In this document: piece after piece, positions 51,203 through 61,266 of the stretch
Layout: the number at the start of each line of letters is the position of its first letter
How positions within the stretch are numbered: position 1 is the stretch's first letter
Origin: an uncultured delta proteobacterium
GTDB taxonomy: Bacteria; Desulfobacterota; Desulfomonilia; Desulfomonilales; Desulfomonilaceae
Assembly (NCBI GenBank): GCA_963789265.1
Contig: CAWBKB010000004.1
Location: forward strand, 1-64,000
Direction of reading: 5' to 3'
Length of the DNA stretch: 64,000 nt
The notes under the pieces: model-generated
Told to the model about the DNA's origin: nothing
Databases searched by the model: none
What the model saw: only the letters and a program-made list of their open reading frames with translations
Translations under genes and position numbers: made by a program

Positions 51203-52443
51203 TCTTGTACTTTTACTCGTCTTCCGTCTCCCAAGCTCTCGCCCGGGCTAAGCGCAATCGTATCCCCTTCTTTTAGTCCTGCTAGGATTTCTAGGGTATT
51301 GTTCCAGCGTCTGCCCACCTTTACCGGCTGCAGGTGGGCTCTGGAACCATTAATGCGAAACACGACATCCTGATTGCCGACTTTCCTGAGAGCGCACGAT
51401 GGAATTCCTAAGAACGGCTTGTCTTCACCATTCTTCAACGGTCTAGACAAGAAGGCGACTTTGGCGCTCATTTCCGGGAGGACTCGCGGATCGAGTTCGT
51501 TGAACTTGACCTTGGTCAGAACCGTTGCCTTGGACCGATCCGCGGTGGGGACAATCATGTAGACAGTGCCAGGGAAGCGATCGTTAGGAAAAGCATCAAG
51601 ACTGATCTCAGTCGCTCCTCCAGCCTTAACTTTTTCCAGGCCGGACTCGGCCACGTCCACTTCCACCATAAGTGACTTCATATCAGCCATGGTCGCCACA
51701 GCGGCCTTGGCATTGATGGCTGCACCAAATGGGGCCACTACTTCGCCTTCATCCGCATTCTTGGTGAGAATCACTCCGTCGAAAGGAGCCCTAATCAGTG
51801 AGTATTCGAGATTCACCTCAGCCTCCTTCACCGCGGCTTTGGCACGCTCGATACCAAATCGGGCCGAAGCAATGGACGCTTTTGCCTTTTTGTACCTGGC
51901 TTCCGCGGTGTCAAAGGCCTGGGCCGAAACTGATGCCGATTCCCGGAGAGCCTTTTGACGGTCGTAGTTGAGCGTCGCGTCCTCTAGCTCTGCCTCTGCA
52001 TTTTCAAGGGCCGCCTGTGCCACTTTGACACTTGCCCGCGACTCCGCAAGTGTCGCCTTGAGATCCTGATTTTCCAGAGTAGCCAATATTTCTCCTTGTT
52101 TGACTACCTTACCTTCTTCCACGTAGAGATGCTCCAACCTTCCCGTGGCTTTTGACGAAACAGCGGCTTTACGTTGAGCCACAACATAGCCGCTGGCGTT
52201 CAGAGTCGTGAGCGCGCGCGAGGGAAAGATCCGGGTTACTTTTGCCGTTTGCACCTCGACCGGTGGAGTGAGCCGGTCGGACCACGCGAGATAAGCAAAA
52301 ATGAGAACCATCAGAGCGACCGGAATGACCCACCATGTGGGCAGCCGCGATTTTCTCTTCTTCGACGACCACCTTTCGTCCGGCGCAATTCTGAGCTTTG
52401 AGAGATCCTGTTCTTCCATCATATTCGGTGTGGCGCGGTTCAA
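51199..52443 (-). CDS. Efflux periplasmic adaptor (MacA-like)
   Basis: TM anchor, ASGYVVA, coiled coil, IRAPFDG. Confidence 0.92.
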   Translation of the reverse strand: MNRATPNMMEEQDLSKLRIAPDERWSSKKRKSRLPTWWVIPVALMVLIFAYLAWSDRLTPPVEVQTAKVTRIFPSRALTTLNASGYVVAQRKAAVSSKATGRLEHLYVEEGKVVKQGEILATLENQDLKATLAESRASVKVAQAALENAEAELEDATLNYDRQKALRESASVSAQAFDTAEARYKKAKASIASARFGIERAKAAVKEAEVNLEYSLIRAPFDGVILTKNADEGEVVAPFGAAINAKAAVATMADMKSLMVEVDVAESGLEKVKAGGATEISLDAFPNDRFPGTVYMIVPTADRSKATVLTKVKFNELDPRVLPEMSAKVAFLSRPLKNGEDKPFLGIPSCALRKVGNQDVVFRINGSRAHLQPVKVGRRWNNTLEILAGLKEGDTIALSPGESLGDGRRVKVQE

Positions 52444-52635
52444 AGAGACTCCCTCATTGCAATTGGGGTATGCAGGTTTCGGTTCTTGATGTTATATACT
52501 GTTCCCGACGAAAAATCGACGTCCCAAGAGATAATCCATAGACACGTTAAGACCGGACTTTGAGAATCAGGGAATCTGAAGGATGCGTATTACTGCTTGT
52601 GGCTTATATGCTTCCGTACATAAGGCGAAGCATAC

Positions 52636-53412
52636 TTGGTCGGATGGGTGTTGATAGCAAGGAGGTTAAAGTTGCAAGGCTCATTTCTACTATGGCCAAG
52701 AATAATCTGGACTGGTTTTGTTATCGTGGTCATAACCGTGATCATTGCACCTCCTCTGGTTCTCGTAAGTCTGTTTGACAAATCGGGAACCTCCGCGTAT
52801 CGGATGATGCGTCTTTGGGCCCATTTGCTGTCTCGGTCCATGGGGCTGACTGTCTCCATTTCCGGGGCCGACAAGATCGTGCCGGGCTCCTCATACATAA
52901 TAACCCCCAATCATCAGGGATACGCGGACGTCTTGGCTCTGGTTGGAATGCTTCCGATACGCTTTCGGTGGGTGGTAAAACGAGAGCTGCTGAAGGTTCC
53001 GTTTTTCGGCTGGGCACTGGGTGCAACTGGCGCCATTTCCCTGAACCGGTCGGACAGGAGGCAGGCTGTGAAAAGCCTTAGGGACGGCATGTCAAGTCTA
53101 CCCGATGGCTGGTCCGTCCTCATTTATCCGGAAGGGACCAGGACCTCGGACGGGAATCTCCAGCCTTTCAAGAAAGGCGCATTCATGATAGCAGTCCAAA
53201 GCGGAATGGCTATTCTACCCGTGACATCTAACGGTGCCTTCAAGATTTTGCCAAGAAAGACAATATCATTTCGTCCGGGGCACATAACGCTAACTGTGGG
53301 AGATCCCATTGCGACCGAAGGCCTGACTGAAGAGAACGTGCCGGAATTGATGGAAAAGACGCGAACAGCGATGGGCGAGAATCTCGATCCGAATTACGAT
53401 CCGTTTGGCTAG
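52636..53412 (+). CDS. plsC: 1-acyl-sn-glycerol-3-phosphate acyltransferase
   Basis: NHQ...D, YPEGTR, FKKGAF. Confidence 0.9.
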   Translation: MVGWVLIARRLKLQGSFLLWPRIIWTGFVIVVITVIIAPPLVLVSLFDKSGTSAYRMMRLWAHLLSRSMGLTVSISGADKIVPGSSYIITPNHQGYADVLALVGMLPIRFRWVVKRELLKVPFFGWALGATGAISLNRSDRRQAVKSLRDGMSSLPDGWSVLIYPEGTRTSDGNLQPFKKGAFMIAVQSGMAILPVTSNGAFKILPRKTISFRPGHITLTVGDPIATEGLTEENVPELMEKTRTAMGENLDPNYDPFG

Positions 53413-53692
53413 AAAACGAAGCAGCATCCCGTCTTTTGGCTTGAGGAGGCAGATCGGTCGGCCCCTGCGCTGATGTGGAGCGCACGCGGCGGATGCGTTA
53501 TCATACCAATGCCCCATCTAACAAGTGACAATCCCGGCGAGGATATGGTGGGGCTGGCATCCTGCCTGCCATTCGTCACCCCGGACTCCGATCCGGGGTC
53601 CAGTCGTCATGCCCGCGTACGCGGGCATGACGACAGTCAAGATGCCTGTCCCACTAAAAACACGGTGTCACTTATTTGAAGGCGAATCGGCG

Positions 53693-53920
53693 TCAGGCGG
53701 TCCTGCCAGTTATCAAATCTCTATCAAGTTCCAGCGTGTAGGACAAAATTGTCTTTAAGTCGATTTTTTTGGAAGCGTTCAAGATTTCTATCCCTACTAT
53801 TCTGTCATGAGCGGTCGTATCCAGATTGACGCCTTCGGCAATTTCTATGACCCCTTCCGGGGGCTCGTCTCCCAGCTTCAAATACAAGGCATCCACTTCA
53901 TTATCGTAATGCACCCTCAT
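53693..53920 (-). CDS. DUF2283 domain protein
   Basis: M.V.YD.EVDALYL.L..........GV.LD......VGIEIL.AS. Confidence 0.88.
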   Translation of the reverse strand: MRVHYDNEVDALYLKLGDEPPEGVIEIAEGVNLDTTAHDRIVGIEILNASKKIDLKTILSYTLELDRDLITGRTA

Positions 53921-53955
53921 GGTCTTCGTCCTTTCTTCAGAGGATAGCAGGAGAG

Positions 53956-54224
53956 TTACGATGCCTTCCTTGTAGATCGAGTCCGATCGCCAATTCCCAG
54001 CAGGAGCGACTTGACTGAAATGTCCTCGTCCAGTTCTTCCCAATGAAGTCCGGTGCCCCGCCACTGATAATGCAATTAATCCTTTGAGCCTCGGTTGCAT
54101 CAAGAAGCCGGGGGAAGTACGCCAGGGGGACACCAAGTTGACGACCGTCAGTAAGTTCTATCCACATATTGTCCGCGTCAAACGATACTTTCTTGGCACG
54201 TGGCTCAAGTGCTAAAGTGTTCAT
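53956..54224 (-). pseudogene. DUF2442 protein, -1 frameshift near 54058
   Basis: L.DGR.L.VPLA.FPRL..AT..QR / GLHWEELDEDISV..LL.G. Confidence 0.85.
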
Positions 54225-54385
54225 TCCAATACCTTTCAATGAGTTCCTTATTCTTTTCGGCAACTTGCATAAGTTCGCGGAGTTCCCAAGAATTCATACC
54301 GTAAGATTCTGCCAGACTGACCCGTGGTGCAAGCCAGAACTTGTCCGTAGATTCGCCCCGGCGCACATGAATGTGCAATGGTTCA
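54205..54385 (-). pseudogene. 5'-truncated DUF4160 protein
   Basis: EPLHIHVRRG....KFWL.P.V.LA.SYG....EL.........IERYWNEHF*; no start codon. Confidence 0.8.
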
Positions 54386-54397
54386 AGTCGTTAGTTC

Positions 54398-54688
54398 TTA
54401 AAGTCGATCCCTAAAGTACCGAGGGTCTCGATGCAAGTGCATCACAGCAAGAATCAAGATGACATCTTCATCTTGCGAATAGACAACGCCATAGGGAAAG
54501 CGGCGGATCTGACATCGTCGTATGGCATCTTCAAGAATCGGCCAGGCATTTGGGAAACTGATTACATTCTCAATTGTTCGATGGACTTCAAGGGCAAAAT
54601 CGGACCCAAGACCTGGCTCACGATCTTCATAGTATTTTATGGCAGCAAAGAATTCTGCCTTGGCTTCAGGGTGAAAAGCATACTTCAC
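54398..54688 (-). CDS. RelE/ParE family toxin
   Basis: FHPEA..E...A..YY.....GLG..F, RRFPYG.VY, ILAVMH..R.P. Confidence 0.92.
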   Translation of the reverse strand: MKYAFHPEAKAEFFAAIKYYEDREPGLGSDFALEVHRTIENVISFPNAWPILEDAIRRCQIRRFPYGVVYSQDEDVILILAVMHLHRDPRYFRDRL

Positions 54689-54909
54689 CTGGCAAACCGC
54701 TCAAGGACTTCAGAGAATACCTCATCGCCGGGAATTGGTTTCACTTTTCCGGAACGAAGCTCCTGAAGGCGTCTCTTTGCCACTTCCGCCCATTTTGCAT
54801 CAATGGTCGTGTCCGGCGCATTGAGGCTACGCAAGAGTGAATCAGCTATAAGCGCCCTTTCCTCAACAGGAAGAGAAAGGGCCTGTTCAATAAGCTCTCT
54901 GGTCGTCAT
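54685..54909 (-). CDS. Addiction-module antitoxin (TIGR02574-like)
   Basis: AL.LP.EERA..A..LL.SL, W..VA.RR..EL.SG.V..IP. Confidence 0.9.
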   Translation of the reverse strand: MTTRELIEQALSLPVEERALIADSLLRSLNAPDTTIDAKWAEVAKRRLQELRSGKVKPIPGDEVFSEVLERFAR

Positions 54910-54974
54910 TATGACGTCACCCCACAATGTCCGGATCTCCGAGGCTGCATGGCTGTATCGGCTCGAGTCGCGGT

Positions 54975-55196
54975 TCAGTCCTCCGGGGTTATGTCCTCCA
55001 GCGGTTCCCGGCCGTGTTTCCTGACAAAACTTTCGACCGCCTTTTGGTATGCAGATTTAGGAGACGCGGAATTCTTTTCCGATGCCAGTTCGTCTTCCAG
55101 GGCAAGCTTCGCTTTGGCCAGGCGAAGCGCATCTCCGTCTCTTGCCGTCTGATCGACCCATTCCAGGGCATTCAGAACTTCGGATTTGTTCATCAC
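54975..55196 (-). CDS. Small hypothetical protein
   Basis: 73 aa, RBS GGAGG, follows the ABC permease. Confidence 0.55.
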   Translation of the reverse strand: MMNKSEVLNALEWVDQTARDGDALRLAKAKLALEDELASEKNSASPKSAYQKAVESFVRKHGREPLEDITPED

Positions 55197-55300
55197 GAGG
55201 CCTCCGTTTTGAAGTTTTCAGCACTTTTCCTAAGATAGTTTAGACACTGGACGGCATCAAGTCCATGATTATTTCGAGAAGCCCTCGGAGGCTTGGTCGC

Positions 55301-57835
55301 CTACTCTTCGTTCAGAGCCCCGAGCCCTGAACCGCCGGCCAATTTGTACGTAGGATACAAAGATGATACAACGCTCGCCACAGCGGTGAGGACAGCGGTC
55401 TTGACAAAAACCCACGGGTTAATGAAAACATCCACAGACCAACCGAAAGACCGATAGTTGATAGCGTAGATCAGTATATACGTAAGGATTAGCCCGCAGA
55501 CGACTGAAATACAAAACGCGGCCAATCCCATTATCCAGGCTTGATGCAAATTCATTTTGCCCAGCTCTTTTGGCGTGAGGCCCAGATATCCCAGGACGGT
55601 CATCTCTCTGGCCCTTTCCATGAGAATCACCACCAGTGCCGTGGCCACTCCAAGCAGTGCCACGAGGAGAGAAACCCCCTTCAATGTGGCGGTGGTGGCA
55701 AATGTCTTGTCAAATATGTTTAGAATGTTTTCCTTCATTTTCTTGTTGGAAACGATGGTGCGATCCAGACCAGGAAACTGCGCCACTATCGAACGACGGA
55801 CCGAATTCGCTGGAATGCCCGGCTTAAGAAAAAGGGCCACGGACTGAACGCGGCGATCTTTCCAAATGCGTTCGTACACGCGACGGTCTATGTGCATGGT
55901 ACCCTGGTCTGACGAATAGTCTCTAACAATTGACACGATCGGAAACCTCGATTTGCCCTCGGGCGTGGTTAATTGAATGCTCTGCCCCACATTCAATCCA
56001 AAACGGTAACTCAAAGATTCCGAGATAAAAACTCCGCCGGCCTTTAGGGCATCCCAGGCTCCTTTCCCGCCTCTCAGGAAATGGAAACGGGAATGGTGCT
56101 CCAGAACCGAGCCGTCCACCACCCTCAGCTTCACTGGCTTCCCACGCAGGTAGATATCGTATGTGGAATAACGCTCCACAGCTTGCACGCGTGGGTCTGC
56201 AATCAATGCTCGGATCAAGGCTTCAGGCAGCGGATGATCCCATTTCGTCGTGGCCGGCGAGATGTACAGATCTCCCTCGAGTGACCCGTCCAACCACTGA
56301 CTCACCGAATTTCTGAAGCTTGAGATCATCATGTCCACACCTATTGTCATTGAAAGCGCCACGGCAAGCGCGGCCACAGCGATGCTGGTGCGGCTCAACG
56401 ATGCTCGGATAGTACGCGTGGCCAGGAAGCCCCCGAGTGACCCGAACAGCCGCTTCAATACCATTCCGCCGTAGTGAGTGAAAACGGATAGAATCGACGG
56501 TGTGAACAGCGCAAAAGCCAAAGTCATACCAAAGGCGGAAGCGAACCCCCAGAAAATCGAAAAACGGGAAGCCCAAGCCGCTGCAATGGATATTGCGAAA
56601 CAGGCAAAGCCGGCAACAAGCAGCAGGCCCTTGAGGTTATGTGCGCGATCTTCAATGGATTGCCGTTTCATCCCGAGGATAGGAGGAGTCAGCGCAATTT
56701 CCAGCGCCGGCAAGCCGGTCCCCAAAAAAGTAGCCAATAAGCCTACTCCTAATCCGCTCAATGCAACCGGCACTGTTAGATGGACAGCTTCCACCTTCAA
56801 ATAGAAATAGAGGTCGCTGATGGTGGACGAGACCTTGTCGATGCTTAACCAAGCAACCAAGTAACCGAATATAATACCTATTAAGCTCCCGGCAATCCCG
56901 AATAGTAGAGATTCCGAAAGGAACGCGGCTACCAGCCCGTTACGGTCCGAGCCGAGAGTCAACAATAAGGACATGTCCTCCCGCCGAGATAAAACGGAAA
57001 ACATCGAGAAATTGTAAATGAGAAAAACTCCTACGAAGAGGGCCAATAGGCTCATAGCGGCCAGGTTCAATTGGAAAGAATAAAGCATGGCCTTCAGGGT
57101 GGACTTTCGCGAATTAGCGTCGGTCAACCTGAGTGTTTTCGGCAAACTCCGGACGAGATCGTGAACATTCGCCTGTGAAATGATTTCAATGCGATCCAGA
57201 TAGCCTTGTCGGCCAAAGACCTCCTGTGCCGAAGAAATGTCCATCGCCGCTATGTTCTCATCAAGCCCCTTTTCCGCACGAACGGGAATTTTTCCCAGTA
57301 TGGCTACCTTTTTCTCGATGCCCGCAGTGAGAACGGTTATGGTGTCAGCTACCCTGAGCCCATGCTTCAGCATCAAATTTTGTGATAGATATACGGTTGG
57401 CAATTCACCCGCCACAAACTTGGCTATCTGGGCCATGTTCCAGTGACCCGGTGTCAACTTTCTGAACTCTGCGTCCAGAAACGGGTCTATCCCCACAAAC
57501 CGAATAGGCTCATCTCCTGTTTCCAGCGTGACCGCCATCACCTCGATCACAGGAGCCGCGGATCGAATCAAGTGGTTCTTCCAGACCGAGGCAAAAAGGT
57601 TCTCGTCGATATGTCCGTACTTGGAAACAAGCGAATAAGTGGCCTTCCCTGAAAGTACGTCCACCGATCGTGCGAAAGATGCCAGCGCAGAATCATTGAT
57701 CAGTTCCACGGCCACTACGATCCCGACCCCAAGTGCTATTCCCAGGAGGCAGAGGAGTGACAGCAGGGAATGACGGCGATAATATCGGAGATTGAATTTA
57801 AACAGGGTGGTAATATTCATCTGAGGGGGGATCAA
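55301..57835 (-). CDS. FtsX-like ABC transporter permease (double domain)
   Basis: GIALGV...VA, two periplasmic and two FtsX TM modules. Confidence 0.92.
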   Translation of the reverse strand: MIPPQMNITTLFKFNLRYYRRHSLLSLLCLLGIALGVGIVVAVELINDSALASFARSVDVLSGKATYSLVSKYGHIDENLFASVWKNHLIRSAAPVIEVMAVTLETGDEPIRFVGIDPFLDAEFRKLTPGHWNMAQIAKFVAGELPTVYLSQNLMLKHGLRVADTITVLTAGIEKKVAILGKIPVRAEKGLDENIAAMDISSAQEVFGRQGYLDRIEIISQANVHDLVRSLPKTLRLTDANSRKSTLKAMLYSFQLNLAAMSLLALFVGVFLIYNFSMFSVLSRREDMSLLLTLGSDRNGLVAAFLSESLLFGIAGSLIGIIFGYLVAWLSIDKVSSTISDLYFYLKVEAVHLTVPVALSGLGVGLLATFLGTGLPALEIALTPPILGMKRQSIEDRAHNLKGLLLVAGFACFAISIAAAWASRFSIFWGFASAFGMTLAFALFTPSILSVFTHYGGMVLKRLFGSLGGFLATRTIRASLSRTSIAVAALAVALSMTIGVDMMISSFRNSVSQWLDGSLEGDLYISPATTKWDHPLPEALIRALIADPRVQAVERYSTYDIYLRGKPVKLRVVDGSVLEHHSRFHFLRGGKGAWDALKAGGVFISESLSYRFGLNVGQSIQLTTPEGKSRFPIVSIVRDYSSDQGTMHIDRRVYERIWKDRRVQSVALFLKPGIPANSVRRSIVAQFPGLDRTIVSNKKMKENILNIFDKTFATTATLKGVSLLVALLGVATALVVILMERAREMTVLGYLGLTPKELGKMNLHQAWIMGLAAFCISVVCGLILTYILIYAINYRSFGWSVDVFINPWVFVKTAVLTAVASVVSSLYPTYKLAGGSGLGALNEE

Positions 57836-58533
57836 GTTTTTGAAGCATTAGTTGTAAGGCCGGCTTCTTCCACCAGTTTTCCCGATCTCATCCGGAATTT
57901 CCTATCCGCCAACCAGAGCGCTTCGGAACTATGCGTGACCATTATCAGCGTGGCATTTCTTCTGCGGCAAATTTCGTCGATAAGCTCCAGGATGCAGTTG
58001 CCGGTTTCAAGATCCAAGTTGCCCGTAGGCTCGTCCGCTAAGATCAGACGAGGCTCTTTGACAAGGGCTCTGGCAATAGCGACTCGTTGCTGCTCCCCTC
58101 CGGAGAGTTGCTCGGGGAATTTCTTCCATTGTCCTTCGAGTCCGACTGCATCGAGGATCTCTCTGGCCCTGCTTTCCTCGGAAATGCCGAGCAGATCCAG
58201 GGGGAGCATAAGGTTCTCTCCTACAGTCAGTGTTGAAAAGAGGTTGAAAGATTGAAAAATGAAGCCCACTTCCTGTCTGCGATATTGTGCCAATTTTCCG
58301 GCAGACAGAGACGTAAGATCAACCTCTCCAAATAGGACCCGGCCGCTGGTGGGAACGTCCACTCCGCCGATCAGATTTAGGAAGGTGCTCTTTCCCGACC
58401 CACTTCTCCCAAGCACGACAATTCGCTCGCCCTGGCAAATTTCCAGGTCCACTTCCCTGAGCGGGAAAATTTTCGCCGACCAACCACTCTGATAATATTT
58501 GCTAACGTTCTCGAAGCGAATTAAAGATGCCAT
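57832..58533 (-). CDS. ABC transporter ATP-binding protein
   Basis: GRSGSGKST, LSGGEQQRV, ADEPTGNLD. Confidence 0.95.
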   Translation of the reverse strand: MASLIRFENVSKYYQSGWSAKIFPLREVDLEICQGERIVVLGRSGSGKSTFLNLIGGVDVPTSGRVLFGEVDLTSLSAGKLAQYRRQEVGFIFQSFNLFSTLTVGENLMLPLDLLGISEESRAREILDAVGLEGQWKKFPEQLSGGEQQRVAIARALVKEPRLILADEPTGNLDLETGNCILELIDEICRRRNATLIMVTHSSEALWLADRKFRMRSGKLVEEAGLTTNASKT

Positions 58534-58656
58534 TCCAACGTTTCCAGGGGCTTTGGGTGGATATTGGCGACAGACGTATGTGGCAGGATAGAAAACAGCC
58601 TCAGGGACCTATTCAAACTAAGAATTCCGCAAACGGGCCCCATGACCTGCGAAGCT

Positions 58657-59469
58657 CTATCGAACACTCTTCTTTTTAGGATCTATTTTCCCGGAAACAG
58701 GTTCTCCATAAATTCGCTTAAGGCGTTTCTGGAAGTACACGCTGCGTTTCTTCCTGAACACCATATAGTCATTCTTGTCCGGAAGGCTGGCGTCGTTGAA
58801 CCTCATCCACAAGCGCGTCAAGTTTACCTGTTCAAGGACCCAACCAAGGCTGATGCAAACAAGCTCTCCTTCCGACAACTTACCCATCTCATTATCCAAG
58901 CCCTCCGGGGTCGGCTCGACTTGCCTGTAAATTGCATCCCTGAACCTCCAATCGGGAATCAGCTCCATCGGATGCTTTTGCTTTTTGTCCGCGAGTTCCT
59001 TTGCAGCCACGATGACTCTGTAGAAATCACGCTTCATCAGTGGGATGCCGTAAGAGATTATCTTATTCGCAGTGGGGCGGAGCCCGAGTATTTTTTTCTT
59101 CTCGGATGAAGAAAACAGCATTGTATAAGGAAAAGAATTTATGTTTTTCTGCGCGGCCTGAAGTTTGTGGACCTGATCTTCCAGGAAAAGCAAGTTCTTC
59201 AGAGGGCCCCTTTCAGCTTGCTTGATAAAGAATATCAGGGTCGGATGGCTGCTCAAGATGGGTTTTGTCACGTACCCGTTGACTTCTCGCAATTCATACT
59301 TGAGGAATCCCTCGATAATAACTCTGTTGTTCTCTTGAACAATCGCGCGCGCTATTTCAGCGTCTGAAAGCTGTTTTGCATCACAGGACATAGGAAGCAT
59401 GACGACAAATGAGCACACCACCGCTGTTGTGACCCAACATTGTTTTATGATGTACGAGTCGAAGGCCAT
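58657..59469 (-). CDS. Hypothetical exported protein
   Basis: Long ORF with a signal-like N-terminus; RBS AAGGAA. Confidence 0.7.
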   Translation of the reverse strand: MAFDSYIIKQCWVTTAVVCSFVVMLPMSCDAKQLSDAEIARAIVQENNRVIIEGFLKYELREVNGYVTKPILSSHPTLIFFIKQAERGPLKNLLFLEDQVHKLQAAQKNINSFPYTMLFSSSEKKKILGLRPTANKIISYGIPLMKRDFYRVIVAAKELADKKQKHPMELIPDWRFRDAIYRQVEPTPEGLDNEMGKLSEGELVCISLGWVLEQVNLTRLWMRFNDASLPDKNDYMVFRKKRSVYFQKRLKRIYGEPVSGKIDPKKKSVR

Positions 59470-59569
59470 CAGACAGTTCCTTTCGTAAAGTGCGCCGCGT
59501 AAGGAATTGGATTTGTGTCTAGAGCCGACGGCATCACCGCGCGATCCCAATTGGGTTCGCTATTCCCGT

Positions 59570-60223
59570 TCAGACGATCTTGCTTTCGAGCCAGCCCGTA
59601 AATTCGCCGATCCCCTCGCCTGTCTTTGCGGATAGGGGAAAGATTTGGATCGCGGGATTCATTGCCAAAACTGTCTTGCGTAATTCCTCCATGTTGAAAT
59701 CGGTGTGGGGCAATAAGTCTATTTTGTTTAGAATCAGAGCATTGGACTCCGTGAACATCAGGGGATACTTCAGCGGCTTGTCATGTCCTTCCGGAATGGA
59801 GAGGATCATAACCTTGACATTTTCCCCGAGTTGGAACTCCGCCGGGCAAACCAAGTTACCGACATTCTCTATGATAAGCAATTGCTTGCCGTCCAGTCCA
59901 AGGCTCTCCGCAGCGGAGAGAATCATATTCGCGTCAAGGTGACAGGCGCCTCTAGTGTTAATCTGTACCACGTCCACGTTGGTCTTCTGGATCTTCCGTG
60001 CATCAACATCCGATGCTATATCGCCTTCGATTACGCCGATCCGGTGTTTGCCCGACAGCGCCTCGATAATTCTAAGAATTACAGAGGTCTTGCCGGCGCC
60101 GGGGGACGACATGAGGTTCATGACGAAAACCCGTGCGGCCTCGAAGCGGCCCCGAAGGTTCTCGGCAAGCACGTCGTTTGCATTCAGGATGTCTTCATTA
60201 ACGTTAAGTGTTTTCAGTGCCAT
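59570..60223 (-). CDS. hypB: Hydrogenase nickel incorporation GTPase HypB
   Basis: SSPGAGKT, IEGD, CHLDA, ENVGNLVCPA, DKPLKYP, NKIDL. Confidence 0.96.
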   Translation of the reverse strand: MALKTLNVNEDILNANDVLAENLRGRFEAARVFVMNLMSSPGAGKTSVILRIIEALSGKHRIGVIEGDIASDVDARKIQKTNVDVVQINTRGACHLDANMILSAAESLGLDGKQLLIIENVGNLVCPAEFQLGENVKVMILSIPEGHDKPLKYPLMFTESNALILNKIDLLPHTDFNMEELRKTVLAMNPAIQIFPLSAKTGEGIGEFTGWLESKIV

Positions 60224-60549
60224 TATTGTCTCCCTTTGGAATTGCAACTTCGTTTCTTGATTCGAGCGATCTCACGGACCGCTGCCAGCGTGTCCTTGTG
60301 CCTTACATATTCGAGGTATGCGCATTCTTCCGGCAACCAATGCAACTTCCTCACCAGATGCTCGGTAAGGGTGATGCAGTCCGGCTCCACCTCGCCGCGT
60401 TTGTCGTAAACCTTGCACAAGTTGGTTTCAGTGTCCAGATGGGCACAAGGTTCGTTTGTATAATGAATCATCCCGCCGCCTAGATCCACTTTCTCGTAGC
60501 AGCATCTCCCGCATCTTTTGCAAATAGCTTCCCACTGGTCTCGGTTCAT
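60223..60549 (-). CDS. YkgJ/YcgN-like cysteine cluster protein
   Basis: C.RCGRCC, C..LD.....C.VY..R....DC, WLP..CAY. Confidence 0.88.
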   Translation of the reverse strand: MNRDQWEAICKRCGRCCYEKVDLGGGMIHYTNEPCAHLDTETNLCKVYDKRGEVEPDCITLTEHLVRKLHWLPEECAYLEYVRHKDTLAAVREIARIKKRSCNSKGRQ

Positions 60550-60665
60550 TCCTCCAATTCCTTGTAATCGTCCCGTACTCCAGCCTCATCAATTAGCACA
60601 AAATGAGGCCGAGAAAAAGGTAGCTACCATTCGAGCACCGCGTGACGCACGAGATGTATTGTTTA

Positions 60666-61003
60666 TTCATTTTCCAAACTCATCAACAATGCTCTTGATC
60701 TGCCTTCAAAGGCGGGAGGTCTCGTTCGACAATATCCCAAATACGTTCCAGCTCAATTCCCAGATAATCGTGGACGACAACATTACGGAAGGCACTGATC
60801 TCCCACCACGGCACTTCAGGATACTTGAGCTTCGTCTCGGTTGAAATTCTTTGGATTGATTCGGAAAGCATGTGGAGATTCCGCAAGACGGCATCCTGCG
60901 TTTTGCGATCAGCCAAGAATGGATCCTTGCCGTCACTGGTGAACTGCAAGATGTGACCGATGCTGTCCAGGATATGTACGAGATAAAGCCGATCATCTTT
61001 CAT
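60666..61003 (-). CDS. DUF86/HepT HEPN toxin (possible frameshift in the last codons)
   Basis: YL.HI.DSI, QDAV.RNL, PEVPW..I..FRNVVVHDY. Confidence 0.88.
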
Positions 61004-61266
61004 AGGGGAACCGCCTCTTGCAATACTTGGTCCCGAATATATGAATGCAACGCCCCGACGGTGACGACATGGACCGGTCTCCCCAATAATTCTTCCAGAT
61101 CGGCTATAAGCCCTCCTGGGAACCAGGGGGAAAGATTTTCACCAACTTCAACAAGTATATCGATATCGCTCGATTCACCTGCTTCGCCACGGGCTACGGA
61201 GCCGAACAGTCGAATATTCTTGGCCCCATGCCGGTGAGTGATTTTCAGTATTTCTTCTCTCTTGCC
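61000..61266 (-). pseudogene. MntA-type minimal nucleotidyltransferase antitoxin, native start deleted
   Basis: KREEIL.I...HGA.N.RLFGSVARGE....SDIDILV; the upstream sequence is antisense hsdR. Confidence 0.85.
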
